Shown: piece by piece, positions 25,235 through 35,460 of the stretch
How the letters are laid out: every line of letters begins with the position of its first letter
How positions within the stretch are numbered: the first letter of the stretch is position 1
Source: Gemmatimonadota bacterium
Lineage (GTDB): Bacteria; Gemmatimonadota; Gemmatimonadetes; Palauibacterales; Palauibacteraceae
Reading direction: 5' to 3'
Length of the DNA: 64,000 nt
Assembly: GCA_965116475.1 (NCBI GenBank)
Contig: OZ220691.1
Coordinates: forward strand, 3,556,670-3,620,669
Program-made: the position numbers and the translations under genes
The notes under the pieces: generated by a model
What the model saw: the letters and a program-made list of their open reading frames with translations, nothing else
What the model was told of the DNA's origin: nothing
The model's database searches: none

Positions 25235-26028
25235 GCGACCCGCGACTCGAGCCGACAGCCCGGGAGATCACGCAGGCCCGACTGGCGACGCTCGGCATGC
25301 TGGTCGCGGGGATCGCCCACGAACTCAACACCCCGCTGGGCGCGCTGAACAGCAACCACCACGTCATCGAGCGCGCGCTCCTCAAGCTGGGGGAGATCCT
25401 CGAGGACGAGGTCGTCACGCCGGACGAACTCGACGAGGTCCGGAGGGTCGTGCGGGCCACGGAATCGGTGCTGCGAACCAATGGCATCGCGGTGGAACGC
25501 ATGGTGAATCTCGTGCGGAACCTGCGGAACTTCGGCCGGCCCACGACCTCCGAGCCTCGCCCCGTGGACCTGCACGAGGGGATCGAGGGCACGCTGGCCC
25601 TGCTCGGACACGAGCTGAGGGAGATCGAGGTCGTCCGCGACTTCGGGGACCTGCCGCCGGTCGTGTGCCATCCGAACCGCATCAACCAGGTGTTCATGAA
25701 CCTCGTGCACAACGCGGCCCAGGCCATGCACGACGGTGGCGTACTCACGATCCGGACGCGCACGGAAGGGGACCACGCGCATGTCCGCGTCGCGGACACG
25801 GGCCGGGGCATCCCGCACGACGTCATCGATCAGATCTTCGAGCCCGGCTTCACCACCAAGGGCGAGCGGATCGGGATGGGGCTGGGTCTCGCGATCACAC
25901 TCCAGATCGTGCACCAGCACGGAGGAGACATCGCGGTGGAGAGCGAACCGGGACGCGGGACGACGTTCGACGTAGCCATCCCGCTCCGGCAGCCCATGGG
26001 TCCCGCACGGAAGGAGGCTTCGGCATGA
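25231..26028 (+). CDS. Cytoplasmic histidine kinase without a sensor domain
   Basis: IAHELNTPL H-box, NQVFMNLVHNA, DTGRGI, FEPGFTTK, GMGLGL. GTGA overlap at the start. Confidence 0.93.
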   Translation: MSDPRLEPTAREITQARLATLGMLVAGIAHELNTPLGALNSNHHVIERALLKLGEILEDEVVTPDELDEVRRVVRATESVLRTNGIAVERMVNLVRNLRNFGRPTTSEPRPVDLHEGIEGTLALLGHELREIEVVRDFGDLPPVVCHPNRINQVFMNLVHNAAQAMHDGGVLTIRTRTEGDHAHVRVADTGRGIPHDVIDQIFEPGFTTKGERIGMGLGLAITLQIVHQHGGDIAVESEPGRGTTFDVAIPLRQPMGPARKEASA

Positions 26029-27023
26029 CGCGATGCGCCGATCCGTTACGCGCCCTTGTCCTCGTCGCGGCGCTGGCCGCAGTTGCGGCGCCGGCTCCCG
26101 CGGCGGCTCAGGACGCCAATTTTCTTCTCCCCATCGCCGAGATCGAACGGATCCTGCGCGAGGGCGAAATCCAGGTCCTCGACGTACACCCGTCCCGCGG
26201 TCTTCCCGGCGAGCGCACGTATCGCGTGACGCTGCAGTCCGGCGACCACGTGCTCCAGGTCAAGTACGCCCCGGCCGCCGAGGGGGCGGACGAGTTCAAC
26301 AACCGGCCCCGCTACGAGCTCGCGGCCTACGACGTCCAGTCCCTTTTCCTCGACGAACGGGAAATGGTCGTCCCTCCGACCGCGATCCGCGCGTTCCCGC
26401 TCGATGTGGTCCGGGCCACGGTCGCCGGGACGGGAGACGCGGCCACTCCACCGGAGCCGACGTTCGACGAGTGGCCCATGACGCTCGTCGCGCTCCAGTA
26501 CTGGATGTTCAACGTCGACCTTCCGGAGGAGCTGCCGGACGAAGACCGAATCGAGGAAGACGAGGCCTACGAGCGCCTGCTCGGGAACTTCAACCTGCTC
26601 ACCTACATCATCCGCCACAGCGACTCGAACGAGGGGAACTTCGTGCAGTCGATGGACCCCGCCTGGCCGCGCGTGTTCAGCGTCGACAACGGCGTGGCGT
26701 TCGCCAGCGAGGAGAGCAACCGCGGCACGCGCTGGCGCAATCTCCAGCTCGACCGCTATCCGGCCTCCGCGATCGACCGGCTGCGCGGCCTCTCGGTCGA
26801 AGAGCTGCAGGCCCAACTCGGGGTCCTCGTCCAGCTCGAGCTGCGGGGCGGAAACTTCGTGGAGGTGGAGCCGACGGAGAACCTCGACCCCGGCCGCGGG
26901 GTCCGCCGCGACGGGGAGCGGATCCAGCTCGGTCTCACGGAGTCCGAGATCCGGGCCATGCACCGGCGCATCGTCCGCCTCCTCGAGCGGGTGGACGAAG
27001 GCCGCTACGAGTTGATCCCCTGA
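26025..27023 (+). CDS. Secreted atypical kinase-like protein (PI3/4-kinase/Fam20-like motifs)
   Basis: AAGGAGG RBS; signal peptide ending AAA-QD; VKY, YELAAY, MVVPPT..R, IRHSDSNEGN, VDNGVAF. Confidence 0.65.
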   Translation: MTRCADPLRALVLVAALAAVAAPAPAAAQDANFLLPIAEIERILREGEIQVLDVHPSRGLPGERTYRVTLQSGDHVLQVKYAPAAEGADEFNNRPRYELAAYDVQSLFLDEREMVVPPTAIRAFPLDVVRATVAGTGDAATPPEPTFDEWPMTLVALQYWMFNVDLPEELPDEDRIEEDEAYERLLGNFNLLTYIIRHSDSNEGNFVQSMDPAWPRVFSVDNGVAFASEESNRGTRWRNLQLDRYPASAIDRLRGLSVEELQAQLGVLVQLELRGGNFVEVEPTENLDPGRGVRRDGERIQLGLTESEIRAMHRRIVRLLERVDEGRYELIP

Positions 27024-27037
27024 GGCGTCGGCGTTGG

Positions 27038-28339
27038 ATGTCCGGTCTGCTGGGCGTTGCCGTCGCCGGCGCGGGGGCGGGCTGGACCGGCTCCATGCCC
27101 GCTCCCGGCGACGCGACGCCGGCGGCCGGACAGCCTCCGCGGCCGGGGCAGCCCGGCTGGCACGTCGCGGGGGAGTACGGACTCTACGTCGCGTTCGCCG
27201 ACGCCGGCCTCGAAGTCCGCTGGCTGACGGAGAAGGAGGGGCCCGGCCTGGTCCGGGCGATCGTGGACGGACAGGTCGTCGATGAGCAGAGGACGGACCC
27301 GGGATACGCGCACACGGCTCGCCTGCGGGTACGGGCGCCCGAAATCGCGCTCGAATTCGGGGGGGAACCTCGGGACGGCGCCGACGGGGCCGCGGTTCTT
27401 CACCGCACCCGCATCTGGGCGGAGCCCCCGCCCGCGGAAGTCGACCTCGCGGGCCACGACTCGGTGTTCGTGTTCGGAGACGTACACGGCGAGTTCGACC
27501 GGGTCGTCTCGCTGCTCGGCCTGGCCGGCCTGATCGACGCCGAGCTGCGCTGGACGGGCGGCGACGCCGTCGTCGCCTTCCTCGGAGACCTGTTCGATCG
27601 GGGCAACGACGTCACCCGCCTGCTCTGGTTCGTCTACGGCCTGGAACGGGAAGCCATGGCGGCGGGCGGCCGGGTCGTCACCCTCCTCGGCAACCATGAA
27701 GCGATGGTTCTGTCCGGCGACCTCCGCTACGTGGCGCCGAAGGAACAGACGATCGGCGAGCTGCACGGCATGTCCTATGAGACGCTGTTCGATCCGGACC
27801 GGTCCGTCCTCGGAAACTGGATCGCCGCCAAGCCCGGGCTGGTGCGGCTGGAGGACCTGCTGTTCGCGCACGGAGGCGTGAGTCCGGCCTACGTCGATCA
27901 CTCCCTCGAGGCGTACCAGGACACACTGCGGACCTTCATCGCGGAACCGCTGTTCACGAGCTGGCGGGACGAAGCGTTCCTCCGGGAATACGCGCGCGAA
28001 ACCCGGCTCGATACCGCCCAGATCTACCGCAGGTATGACTTCTTCTTCGGACCGGAGAGCGTGCTCTGGTATCGGGATCTCGTGCTCAGCGACTCGCTCG
28101 GGGCCCACCTCGATGCCGTCCTGGAGCGCTTCGAGGCCCGCATCCACGTCGTCGGCCACACGCCCGTGCGCACGATCCGCGAGAGCTACGGCGGCAAGCT
28201 CATCGCCGCGGACCTGCTCGACGCGGCCGCGGAGATGCTCCGCCTCATCCGACGACGCGACAGCGGCTGGAACCGCACTGTGATCAGGCTGGACGGGGAC
28301 ACCGTCACGCTCGACTCCGCGGCGAATCCCGGCGCCTGA
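27038..28339 (+). CDS. Calcineurin-like metallophosphoesterase (PPP/Shelph-like), probably exported
   Basis: GDVHG, GDLFDRG, GNHE, AHGG, VGHT; hydrophobic N-terminus. Alternative start CTG 27020 would add RRRRW. Confidence 0.9.
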   Translation: MSGLLGVAVAGAGAGWTGSMPAPGDATPAAGQPPRPGQPGWHVAGEYGLYVAFADAGLEVRWLTEKEGPGLVRAIVDGQVVDEQRTDPGYAHTARLRVRAPEIALEFGGEPRDGADGAAVLHRTRIWAEPPPAEVDLAGHDSVFVFGDVHGEFDRVVSLLGLAGLIDAELRWTGGDAVVAFLGDLFDRGNDVTRLLWFVYGLEREAMAAGGRVVTLLGNHEAMVLSGDLRYVAPKEQTIGELHGMSYETLFDPDRSVLGNWIAAKPGLVRLEDLLFAHGGVSPAYVDHSLEAYQDTLRTFIAEPLFTSWRDEAFLREYARETRLDTAQIYRRYDFFFGPESVLWYRDLVLSDSLGAHLDAVLERFEARIHVVGHTPVRTIRESYGGKLIAADLLDAAAEMLRLIRRRDSGWNRTVIRLDGDTVTLDSAANPGA

Positions 28340-28348
28340 TCCCGCGCT

Positions 28349-28384
28349 GCCGCGGCCCCGCTCGAGACGCCGCGGGGCTGCGGC
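28349..28384. terminator. GC-rich hairpin between convergent genes
   Basis: 13-bp stem GCCGCGGCCCCGC / GCGGGGCTGCGGC with no U-tract. Confidence 0.5.
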
Positions 28385-28390
28385 CTGCGG

Positions 28391-29623
28391 CTATGCCCTT
28401 TGGAGCCCTCCATGGCGGAGCTCGCCACCGCTCGCTACGGCGACGCACGCGTTGGGGCGGAGGTGGTAGAGCCAGTGCTCCACGTCCGGCGCATCGATGA
28501 CCGCGAAATCCGCCGCGGCACCCGGCTCCAGCGACCCGACCTCACCTTCGCGGCCGACGGCGCGGGCCGCGTAGCGCGTCGCGCCCTTGAGCACTTCGGC
28601 GGGTGTCATCCGCTGTCGCGCGCAGGCCAGCGTCATGGCGAAGGGCAGGTGATAGGACGGGGCCGTGCCGGGGTTGAAATCGCTGGCCACCGCCACCGCG
28701 ACGCCGCCGTCGATGAGCGCCCGGGCGGGGGCCGGAGCCTGGTTCAGGTAGAGGCTGGCGAGAGGGAGCGTGACCCCGACCACACCGGCCACCGCGAGCG
28801 CCTCGATCCCGGCTTCCGACACGTACTCCAGGTGATCCGCGGATACCGCCCCGAGAGACCCCGCGAGTTCGGCCCCGCCACCCCCGGAGAGCTGGTCCAC
28901 GTGGAGTTTCGGCCGTAACCCCAATTCGCGTCCCCGTTCACAAATCCGCCGCGCCTCGTCCGCCGAGAAGGCGGAGTCCTCGACGAACACGTCGCAGAAC
29001 TCGGCCAACCCCTCCTCGGCCACGGCGGGCAGGATCCGCTCCGTGACGAGCCTCACGTAGCCCGCCCGGTCCGCGGCCCATTCCGGAGGCACGACGTGCG
29101 CGGCGAGGCAGGTCGCGACAATCCGTGCGGGGCCCATCTCGCCGAGCCGCCGGTACACCCGCAGGAGCCGGAGTTCCGCCTCGAGGTCCAGCCCGTACCC
29201 GCTCTTCGCCTCGACCGTCGTGATCCCGAGGGACACCATCTCCGCGAGGAATCCGTGCGCCCGCGCGAGAAGAGCCTCCTCGTCGAGCGCGCGCGTGGCC
29301 CGCACGGTGGATGCGATCCCGCCGCCGGCCGCGGCGATCTCCAGGTAGTCGCGGCCCCGGAGCCGCTCGGAGAACTCGCCCGCCCGCCAGCCGCCGAACG
29401 CCAAATGGGTGTGCGCGTCCACGAGTCCAGGAATGACGAGCTTCCCGTCAGCGCTCCACGCAGGCTCGGTCTCGTATTCCGCCGGTCGCGCCGCGGCGGG
29501 CCCGGCCCAGCGGACCATCCCATCGCGCCACACCAGTTCGGCGTCCCGGATGAGCCCGATGTCGTCCTGGCCGACGGGGTTCGCACAGGTGGCGAGACAG
29601 CCGATGTTCGCGAGGCGCGGCAT
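28391..29623 (-). CDS. hutI: Imidazolonepropionase
   Basis: PGLVDAHTHL, GGGIASTV, EAKSGYGL, CDVFVE, SADHLE, ASDFNPG. Confidence 0.97.
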   Translation of the reverse strand: MPRLANIGCLATCANPVGQDDIGLIRDAELVWRDGMVRWAGPAAARPAEYETEPAWSADGKLVIPGLVDAHTHLAFGGWRAGEFSERLRGRDYLEIAAAGGGIASTVRATRALDEEALLARAHGFLAEMVSLGITTVEAKSGYGLDLEAELRLLRVYRRLGEMGPARIVATCLAAHVVPPEWAADRAGYVRLVTERILPAVAEEGLAEFCDVFVEDSAFSADEARRICERGRELGLRPKLHVDQLSGGGGAELAGSLGAVSADHLEYVSEAGIEALAVAGVVGVTLPLASLYLNQAPAPARALIDGGVAVAVASDFNPGTAPSYHLPFAMTLACARQRMTPAEVLKGATRYAARAVGREGEVGSLEPGAAADFAVIDAPDVEHWLYHLRPNACVAVASGGELRHGGLQRA

Positions 29624-29639
29624 GGCGGAATGCGGACGG

Positions 29640-31298
29640 TTATTCGAGCATGGGAAGGTCGACCCCACGCTCGCGGGCCGTGCGGATCGCCTCCGGGTAT
29701 CCCGCGTCGGCGTGTCGCATGACGCCGCTCCCCGGATCCGCCGTGAGTACGCGTTCCAAACGCCGGCTGCCGGACTCGGTCCCGTCGGCGACGCACACCA
29801 TGCCCGCGTGCGTCGAATATCCGATGCCCACGCCGCCCCCGTTGTGAATCGAGACCCAACTCGCCCCGCAGGCGGTGTTGAGCATCGCGTTGAGCAGCGG
29901 CCAGTCGGCGATCGCGTCCGAGCCGTCCCGCATGCCCTCTGTTTCCCGATTCGGCGACGCCACGGAGCCGGTGTCGAGGTGGTCGCGGCCGATCACGATC
30001 GGCGCCCGCACCCGTCCCGTCTTCACGAGCCAGTTGAAGCGCTCGCCCATCTCTGCCCGCTCGCCGTACTCGAGCCAGCAGATGCGCGACGGGAGACCCT
30101 GGAAGCGCACCCGCTCGCGCGCCTGGCGGATCCATCGGCCCAGCGCGTCCTTCCCGGGGAACGTCTCGAGGACGGCGGCGTCCGTCGCCGCGATGTCCTC
30201 GGGGTCGCCGGAGAGAGCGGCCCAGCGGAAGGGGCCCGCACCCCGGCAGAAGAGGGGGCGAATGAAGGCCGGGACGAAGCCGGGGATGTCGAAGGCCTCC
30301 GCCATGCCGCGCAGGTCGGCCACCTGGCCGCGCAGGTTGTTCCCGTAGTCGAACGCGATCGCCCCTCGGGCCTTGAGCGCGAGCATGGCCGACACGTGCG
30401 CCACCATCGAATCGAGTACCCGCTCGACGTAGCCGTCCGGGTCCGAATCGCTCATGGTCGCCGCCTCCTCCACCGACAGGCCCGCCGGGATGTAGCCGAG
30501 GCGGAGGTCGTGCGCGGAGGTCTGGTCCGTGAGCACGTCGGGCACGATGCCGCGCGCCGCCAGCGCCGGCAGGACTTCGGCGACGTTTCCGAGCAGGGCC
30601 ACCGAAAGCGCCTCCCGCCGGTCCATGGCGGCGGAGAGCCACTCCAGCGCTTCGTCGAGGTCCGTCGCCATGCGGTCGCAGTAGCCCGTGTCGAGGCGGC
30701 GGCGAATGCGATCCTCGCGGACCTCGATCCCCAGGAAGGCCCCGCCGTTCATCGTGGCGGCGAGCGGCTGCGCTCCCCCCATCCCGCCCAGCCCGGCGGT
30801 CACCACCAGCCGGCCCGCGAGGGAGCCGCCGAAGTGCTGCCGCGCGAGTTCCGCGAACGTCTCGTACGTCCCCTGGAGGATCCCCTGCGTGCCGATGTAG
30901 ATCCACGAACCCGCCGTCATCTGCCCGTACATCGTGAGCCCCAGGGCGTCGAGACGCCGGAACTCGTCGATATCCCCCCAGCGGGGCACGAGGTGGGCGT
31001 TGGCGATGAGGACGCGCGGCGCCTCGTCGTGAGTGCGGAACACGCCGACCGGCTTTCCACTCTGGACGAGGAGGGTCTCGTCGTTCTCGAGTCGGCGGAG
31101 CGTCTCCACGATCCTGGCGTACGCCGTCCAGTCGCGCGCCGCCTTGCCCGCGCCCCCGTACACGATGAGGTCCCCCGGACGCTCCGCCACGTCCGGATCG
31201 AGGTTGTTCATGAGCATCCGGAGGGCCGCCTCCTGGTGCCACCCCCTGCAGGAGAGCGTCGTTCCCCTCGGCGCCCGGATGGGTCCGCCCGGTTTCAT
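29640..31298 (-). CDS. hutU: Urocanate hydratase
   Basis: [53 protein letters not shown]. Confidence 0.98.
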   Translation of the reverse strand: MKPGGPIRAPRGTTLSCRGWHQEAALRMLMNNLDPDVAERPGDLIVYGGAGKAARDWTAYARIVETLRRLENDETLLVQSGKPVGVFRTHDEAPRVLIANAHLVPRWGDIDEFRRLDALGLTMYGQMTAGSWIYIGTQGILQGTYETFAELARQHFGGSLAGRLVVTAGLGGMGGAQPLAATMNGGAFLGIEVREDRIRRRLDTGYCDRMATDLDEALEWLSAAMDRREALSVALLGNVAEVLPALAARGIVPDVLTDQTSAHDLRLGYIPAGLSVEEAATMSDSDPDGYVERVLDSMVAHVSAMLALKARGAIAFDYGNNLRGQVADLRGMAEAFDIPGFVPAFIRPLFCRGAGPFRWAALSGDPEDIAATDAAVLETFPGKDALGRWIRQARERVRFQGLPSRICWLEYGERAEMGERFNWLVKTGRVRAPIVIGRDHLDTGSVASPNRETEGMRDGSDAIADWPLLNAMLNTACGASWVSIHNGGGVGIGYSTHAGMVCVADGTESGSRRLERVLTADPGSGVMRHADAGYPEAIRTARERGVDLPMLE

Positions 31299-32212
31299 GC
31301 CTCTCCTCCCTCTTCGCCGTCCCCGGTCGCCGGCAACTCCAATATCTGGTCCGGCTGGAGTTCCGCGTCCAGCCGCGCCGGATCGAGGCCGCGGATGGCC
31401 GCGGCGGGCACCGGACCGATGAACTCGCATCCCGCGAGGGCCACGCCCTCCGCCCGCGCGCCTGCGGCGACCCGCTCGTACACCGTATCGATCCCGGTCG
31501 CCGCGTAGCGCGTCAGGTTCATGGACACCTGCGTCAACCCCCGTCGCCGGAGCGGAATGCCGAGCGCCCGGACGTGCCGGAGCCCGCCGCCCGACTCCCG
31601 GATCGCCGCCGCGATGCGCCGGGCCGGCGCCGGATTCGCCGTATCGAGGTTCACGTTGAAGCGCACGAGCGGCCCCCGCACGCCGATGGCGACGGCCCCC
31701 AGCGACGGATGAGGCGCCGAGGGGCCGAGGTCCGGTTTCCATTCGGGGCTGGACAGTTTCCCGGCCAGACCCTCGAACTGTCCGGATCGGACACGGGGGA
31801 GGGAAGCGCGCTCCTCGGCCGTCGCCGCCCGTTCATAGAAGAAGACCGGGACGCCCCGCCGCGCCACCCACGCGCCGAAGGACCGGGCCGCCCCGAGCGC
31901 ATCGACCTCGGGACAGCCGGGGCCGCGCACGAAGGGAACGACATCCAGCGCGCCGATGCGGGGGTGCCGGCCCCGGTGCCGCCGAAGGTCCACTTCCGCA
32001 AACACGGCGGCCGCGAGCGCGGTCGTCGCGCGGACGACATCCGGCGGGGCTCCCCGGTAGGCGAGCACCATGCGGTGGTGGTCCGGGTCGGCTGATGTGT
32101 GGAGACATTCAACGCCGCGAACTCCCTCGACCGCCGCCGCGAAGCGGGCCATCCTGCGTGGGTTGCGTCCCTCGCTCACGTTGGGCTCGCAGAGGAGCCA
32201 CCCGCCGCTCAG
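31295..32212 (-). CDS. ftcD: Glutamate formimidoyltransferase
   Basis: [37 protein letters not shown]. Probable CTG start overlapping the hutH stop. Confidence 0.93.
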   Translation of the reverse strand: MSGGWLLCEPNVSEGRNPRRMARFAAAVEGVRGVECLHTSADPDHHRMVLAYRGAPPDVVRATTALAAAVFAEVDLRRHRGRHPRIGALDVVPFVRGPGCPEVDALGAARSFGAWVARRGVPVFFYERAATAEERASLPRVRSGQFEGLAGKLSSPEWKPDLGPSAPHPSLGAVAIGVRGPLVRFNVNLDTANPAPARRIAAAIRESGGGLRHVRALGIPLRRRGLTQVSMNLTRYAATGIDTVYERVAAGARAEGVALAGCEFIGPVPAAAIRGLDPARLDAELQPDQILELPATGDGEEGGEA

Positions 32213-33828
32213 AGCGGCGCGGGGGGCCAGAGATCCCCCAGGGCGTCGGCGGCGGCCCGTTCCAGCGTCCCATCGTCGATGGCCCCCTCCAGCCGCGCGA
32301 CATCCTCCGCCAGGGAGCGGTCCTCGACGACGGGCCGCACGCAGTCGCGCACGACCTCGTAGACAGCCCGCGTGCCGGCGCCCAGTCGATCCCGACCCGC
32401 GGCACGGAGGTAGACCGCCTGCGCGGCGCCGAGCAGTTCGATCGCGAGCACCGTGCGCGTGTTGTCGAGGATCTCGCGCGCGTGCCGCGCCGCGTTGGCC
32501 CCCATGCTCACATGGTCCTCCTGGTTCGCGCTCGTCGGGATCGAGTCGACGGAATCCGGGTGCGCGAGCGTCTTGTTGTCCGACACGAGCGCCGCTCCCG
32601 TGTACTGGAGCGACATCAGGCCGCCGTGCAGCCCCGGAGACTCCACGAGCATGGCGGGAAGCCCCGCGGAGAGTTCCGGCGTCAGCATGCGGAACATCCG
32701 GCGGTCCGACAGGCTCGCGACGTCCGCGAGCGCGACCCCGATCGTATCGAGCCACAGCGCCGGCCCGGCGCCGTGGAAATTCCCGCCCGAAACGACCTCT
32801 CCCGGATCCCGCCCAGCGGCGGGGAAGACCAGCGGATTGTCCGACACCGCGTTGAGCGACGCCTCCACCCGCCCCCACAGAAAGCCGACCATGTCGTGAA
32901 CGGGCCCGAGAACCTGAGGTGTGCAACGGAGACTGTAGGCATCCTGCACGCGTTCGGCGTCCGAATCGACGAGCCGGCTCCCGGCAAGGAGCGAACGGAG
33001 CCTCGCCGCGGTTCCGACTTGCCCCGGCTGGTTGTTCGCCTCGTGCAGCGCCGGGTTCAGCGCGGCCGAACGAGCCAGCAGCCCCTCGAAACTCAGCGCC
33101 GCCGCCAGTTCCGCGTGAAGGAGCAGCCGTCGCGCGTCGTGCAGTTGCAGGGCGGCGCCCGCGACCATCATCGTCGTCCCGTTCGTCAGCGCCAGCCCCT
33201 CCTTGGCCTGCAGGCCCGGGCGGGAGATTCCCGCCGCGGCCATCGCGCCCGCCCCGTCCATGCGGCGCCCCTCGAACCAGGCCTCGCCGCTGAACGCCGT
33301 CGGATTCTCGCCGCCTCCGACATCCGGCTCCGGACCCGGGGAGCGGGTCGCGACCGCCGCCATGTGCGCGAGCGGGGCGAGATCGCCGCTCGCCCCGAGC
33401 GAACCCTTACCCGGCACCACAGGCGTGACCCCGCGGTTCAGCATCCGGACCAGGGTGTCGATGATCACCGGCCGGACGCCTGAAGCACCGAGTGCGAGCG
33501 AGTTCGCCCGCACGAGCAGCATCGCCCGCACCCAGTCCGCGGGCAGGGGGGGACCCGTTCCCGTGGCACACTTGAGGATCAGGTTCCACGACAGCCGGGC
33601 CGCATCCGACGCCGCGATGCGGGTTCCGGAGAGCGACCCGTAGCCGGTGGTGATCCCGTAGATCCGGGCCCCGGGTCGGGCCAGCGCCTCCACGACCGTG
33701 TTCCGGCTCGCCTCCACCCGCTCGAGCGCGTCCCCGTCGAGTTCCCGCACCCGCGCGCCTCCGCGCGCCACGGCGACGACATCGGGAATCGAGAGCTTCC
33801 GGGAGAGCCCTACGGTTGCAGCGCTCAT
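32209..33828 (-). CDS. hutH: MIO-dependent aromatic amino-acid ammonia-lyase (HutH by context)
   Basis: YGITTGYG, GASGDL (MIO), KEGLALTNG, VQDAYSLRC, SGGNFHG, NQEDHVSM; lies in the hut operon. Confidence 0.88.
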   Translation of the reverse strand: MSAATVGLSRKLSIPDVVAVARGGARVRELDGDALERVEASRNTVVEALARPGARIYGITTGYGSLSGTRIAASDAARLSWNLILKCATGTGPPLPADWVRAMLLVRANSLALGASGVRPVIIDTLVRMLNRGVTPVVPGKGSLGASGDLAPLAHMAAVATRSPGPEPDVGGGENPTAFSGEAWFEGRRMDGAGAMAAAGISRPGLQAKEGLALTNGTTMMVAGAALQLHDARRLLLHAELAAALSFEGLLARSAALNPALHEANNQPGQVGTAARLRSLLAGSRLVDSDAERVQDAYSLRCTPQVLGPVHDMVGFLWGRVEASLNAVSDNPLVFPAAGRDPGEVVSGGNFHGAGPALWLDTIGVALADVASLSDRRMFRMLTPELSAGLPAMLVESPGLHGGLMSLQYTGAALVSDNKTLAHPDSVDSIPTSANQEDHVSMGANAARHAREILDNTRTVLAIELLGAAQAVYLRAAGRDRLGAGTRAVYEVVRDCVRPVVEDRSLAEDVARLEGAIDDGTLERAAADALGDLWPPAPL

Positions 33829-34673
33829 CGCCCGGCCACCGATGGCAGCAAGCCCTCGAAATCCTCCCCGGCCATCCGTTTTCCGACCACGAAGGGACCG
33901 AACTCCGCGTACTCCGCGCTTGCCGCGTCGTAGCGCATCTCGCTGATGATCGCCTTGAACTCGAGCGGGTCCCCGGCCCACAGCGTCACGGCCCACTCCC
34001 AGTCGTCCAGGCCCATCGACCCGCTGATCACCTGTACGATCCGGCCCGCGAAGCGCCGTCCCAACCGGCCGTGCGCCGCCATCAGCCCCGCCCGCTCCTC
34101 GAGCGACAGCGTGTACCAGTTCTGTCCCGGGTTGCGCCGCTTGTCCATCGGGTAGTAGCAGACGTACGGCATGTGATCCGGCTGTCTCGGTTCGAGCCGG
34201 CGCTGCACGTACCCCTTCCGCCGCTCCTCCGCGAGGGCGTCGGCCGCTGCGGCATCCCACGCCTCGCGGTCGCCCGTATCGATCCGGGCGGCGAGTTCCC
34301 GGGTCAGCGAGTAGAGCCCCAGCTCCACGACGGACAGATACTCCTCGCGAACGAGGACGTGATCGCCCCAGGCGGAGAGCTGCATCTCCCGCACCGCTTC
34401 AACGACGCGGTCGAAGGAGTCCCGGAAATGGAGGATGAGAAAATCGATCCCGCTCCCCGCCACGCGGTAGACACCGGACCAGCCGGGCTCCGATCCGGCG
34501 CTCCACTTCTCCTCCAGCGCGGCGAAGCTCCTCAGCGCCTCCCGGGCCTCCGCCGGATCCGCCCCCTTGAGGCCGGCCCAGTCGAGTTCGATCGATTGAT
34601 GAAGGACATACCACCCCTCGAGGGAGGCGGGCGGGAGTTCGGAGGCATGCGGGAGCGGAGGGCTCGTCGTCAC
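33825..34673 (-). CDS. chdC: Coproheme decarboxylase (HemQ/ChdC, chlorite dismutase family)
   Basis: EGWYVLH, SVVELG.Y, YPMDKRR..NWYTL, MAAHG, VQVISGSMGLDDWEWAVTL, EMRYD. Confidence 0.88.
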   Translation of the reverse strand: MTTSPPLPHASELPPASLEGWYVLHQSIELDWAGLKGADPAEAREALRSFAALEEKWSAGSEPGWSGVYRVAGSGIDFLILHFRDSFDRVVEAVREMQLSAWGDHVLVREEYLSVVELGLYSLTRELAARIDTGDREAWDAAAADALAEERRKGYVQRRLEPRQPDHMPYVCYYPMDKRRNPGQNWYTLSLEERAGLMAAHGRLGRRFAGRIVQVISGSMGLDDWEWAVTLWAGDPLEFKAIISEMRYDAASAEYAEFGPFVVGKRMAGEDFEGLLPSVAGR

Positions 34674-35272
34674 TTGAACGGGCCGGCCAGGCCCGGAAAA
34701 CGGTACACGATCACACCGCTGTCGGCCGCGTTGTCGACGTCCACATGCCCCTTCACGACCATTTCCCGCAGGGCTTCCTCCACCTCCTCGAAGCTGAGGC
34801 CCGTGGCCAGGACGCCCTGGGTCACGGTCAGCAGTCCGCCGTTCGCCTGCGCGGCCTTGAGCAGGATCTGCTGCCTGGTTTCCGCCTTGGCCAACTGCCG
34901 CGACGGGGCGGCCGACTCGGCGGTCCCGGCGAGGCGCGGGTGCGGAAGATACCCGTCGCGGATGTTCGCCGTCCGCACGAGCCGCTTCATCCGGAAGAGG
35001 TCGAAGAACTGGCCGATGCCGAAGAGACCCAGCGTGAGCAACCACAGGATGCCCGTAAAGTACATCCCCAGGTAGAAGCGGTGGATCCCGCATGCACCGA
35101 CGAGGGCGCAGCACCAGAGGGCGAAACCGACGCCGTTCGTGTACCGGTCGCCGGTGTCGGGCGTCCGTTCCGCCGGCGGCTGGGGGGGAGCGGCGACGAG
35201 CGGCACGACGGCGTACGGAGGTGCCGGGCCCTCGGGTCCGCCGCCGTCGGGTTCGTTGGGCTGTTCGGTCAT
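34670..35272 (-). CDS. TM2-domain membrane protein with a C-terminal winged-helix-like segment
   Basis: GIHRFYLG...GILWLLTLGLFGIGQFFDL. Confidence 0.88.
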   Translation of the reverse strand: MTEQPNEPDGGGPEGPAPPYAVVPLVAAPPQPPAERTPDTGDRYTNGVGFALWCCALVGACGIHRFYLGMYFTGILWLLTLGLFGIGQFFDLFRMKRLVRTANIRDGYLPHPRLAGTAESAAPSRQLAKAETRQQILLKAAQANGGLLTVTQGVLATGLSFEEVEEALREMVVKGHVDVDNAADSGVIVYRFPGLAGPFK

Positions 35273-35460
35273 CGCTCGCTCGTACGCGCCGGTCACTCCG
35301 GAGGTTTCCTCTTTAGAGAGGCACGTTACCACGGAGACCGCACCGCCGCACCCTGCCGAATCCCCCGCCCGCCCTTCGGGGCCGCCGGCGACTCGCAAGG
35401 GACACCGCTTTCCTCTAGATTGTCGCGCTCGCAGCCCCGCGACGGGGCGCGGAACGACGT

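Noticed and set aside
21361..28339. Genomic island integrated at tRNA-Pro
   Set aside because: No integrase; the 16-bp duplication is not a copy of the tRNA 3' end; the carrier operon lies on the 5' side of the tRNA; composition looks similar to the flanks.
33825..34673. Chlorite dismutase call
   Set aside because: The YPMDKRR motif and a Gln rather than the catalytic Arg in the distal strand (IVQVI) fit HemQ/ChdC better; there is no signal peptide.
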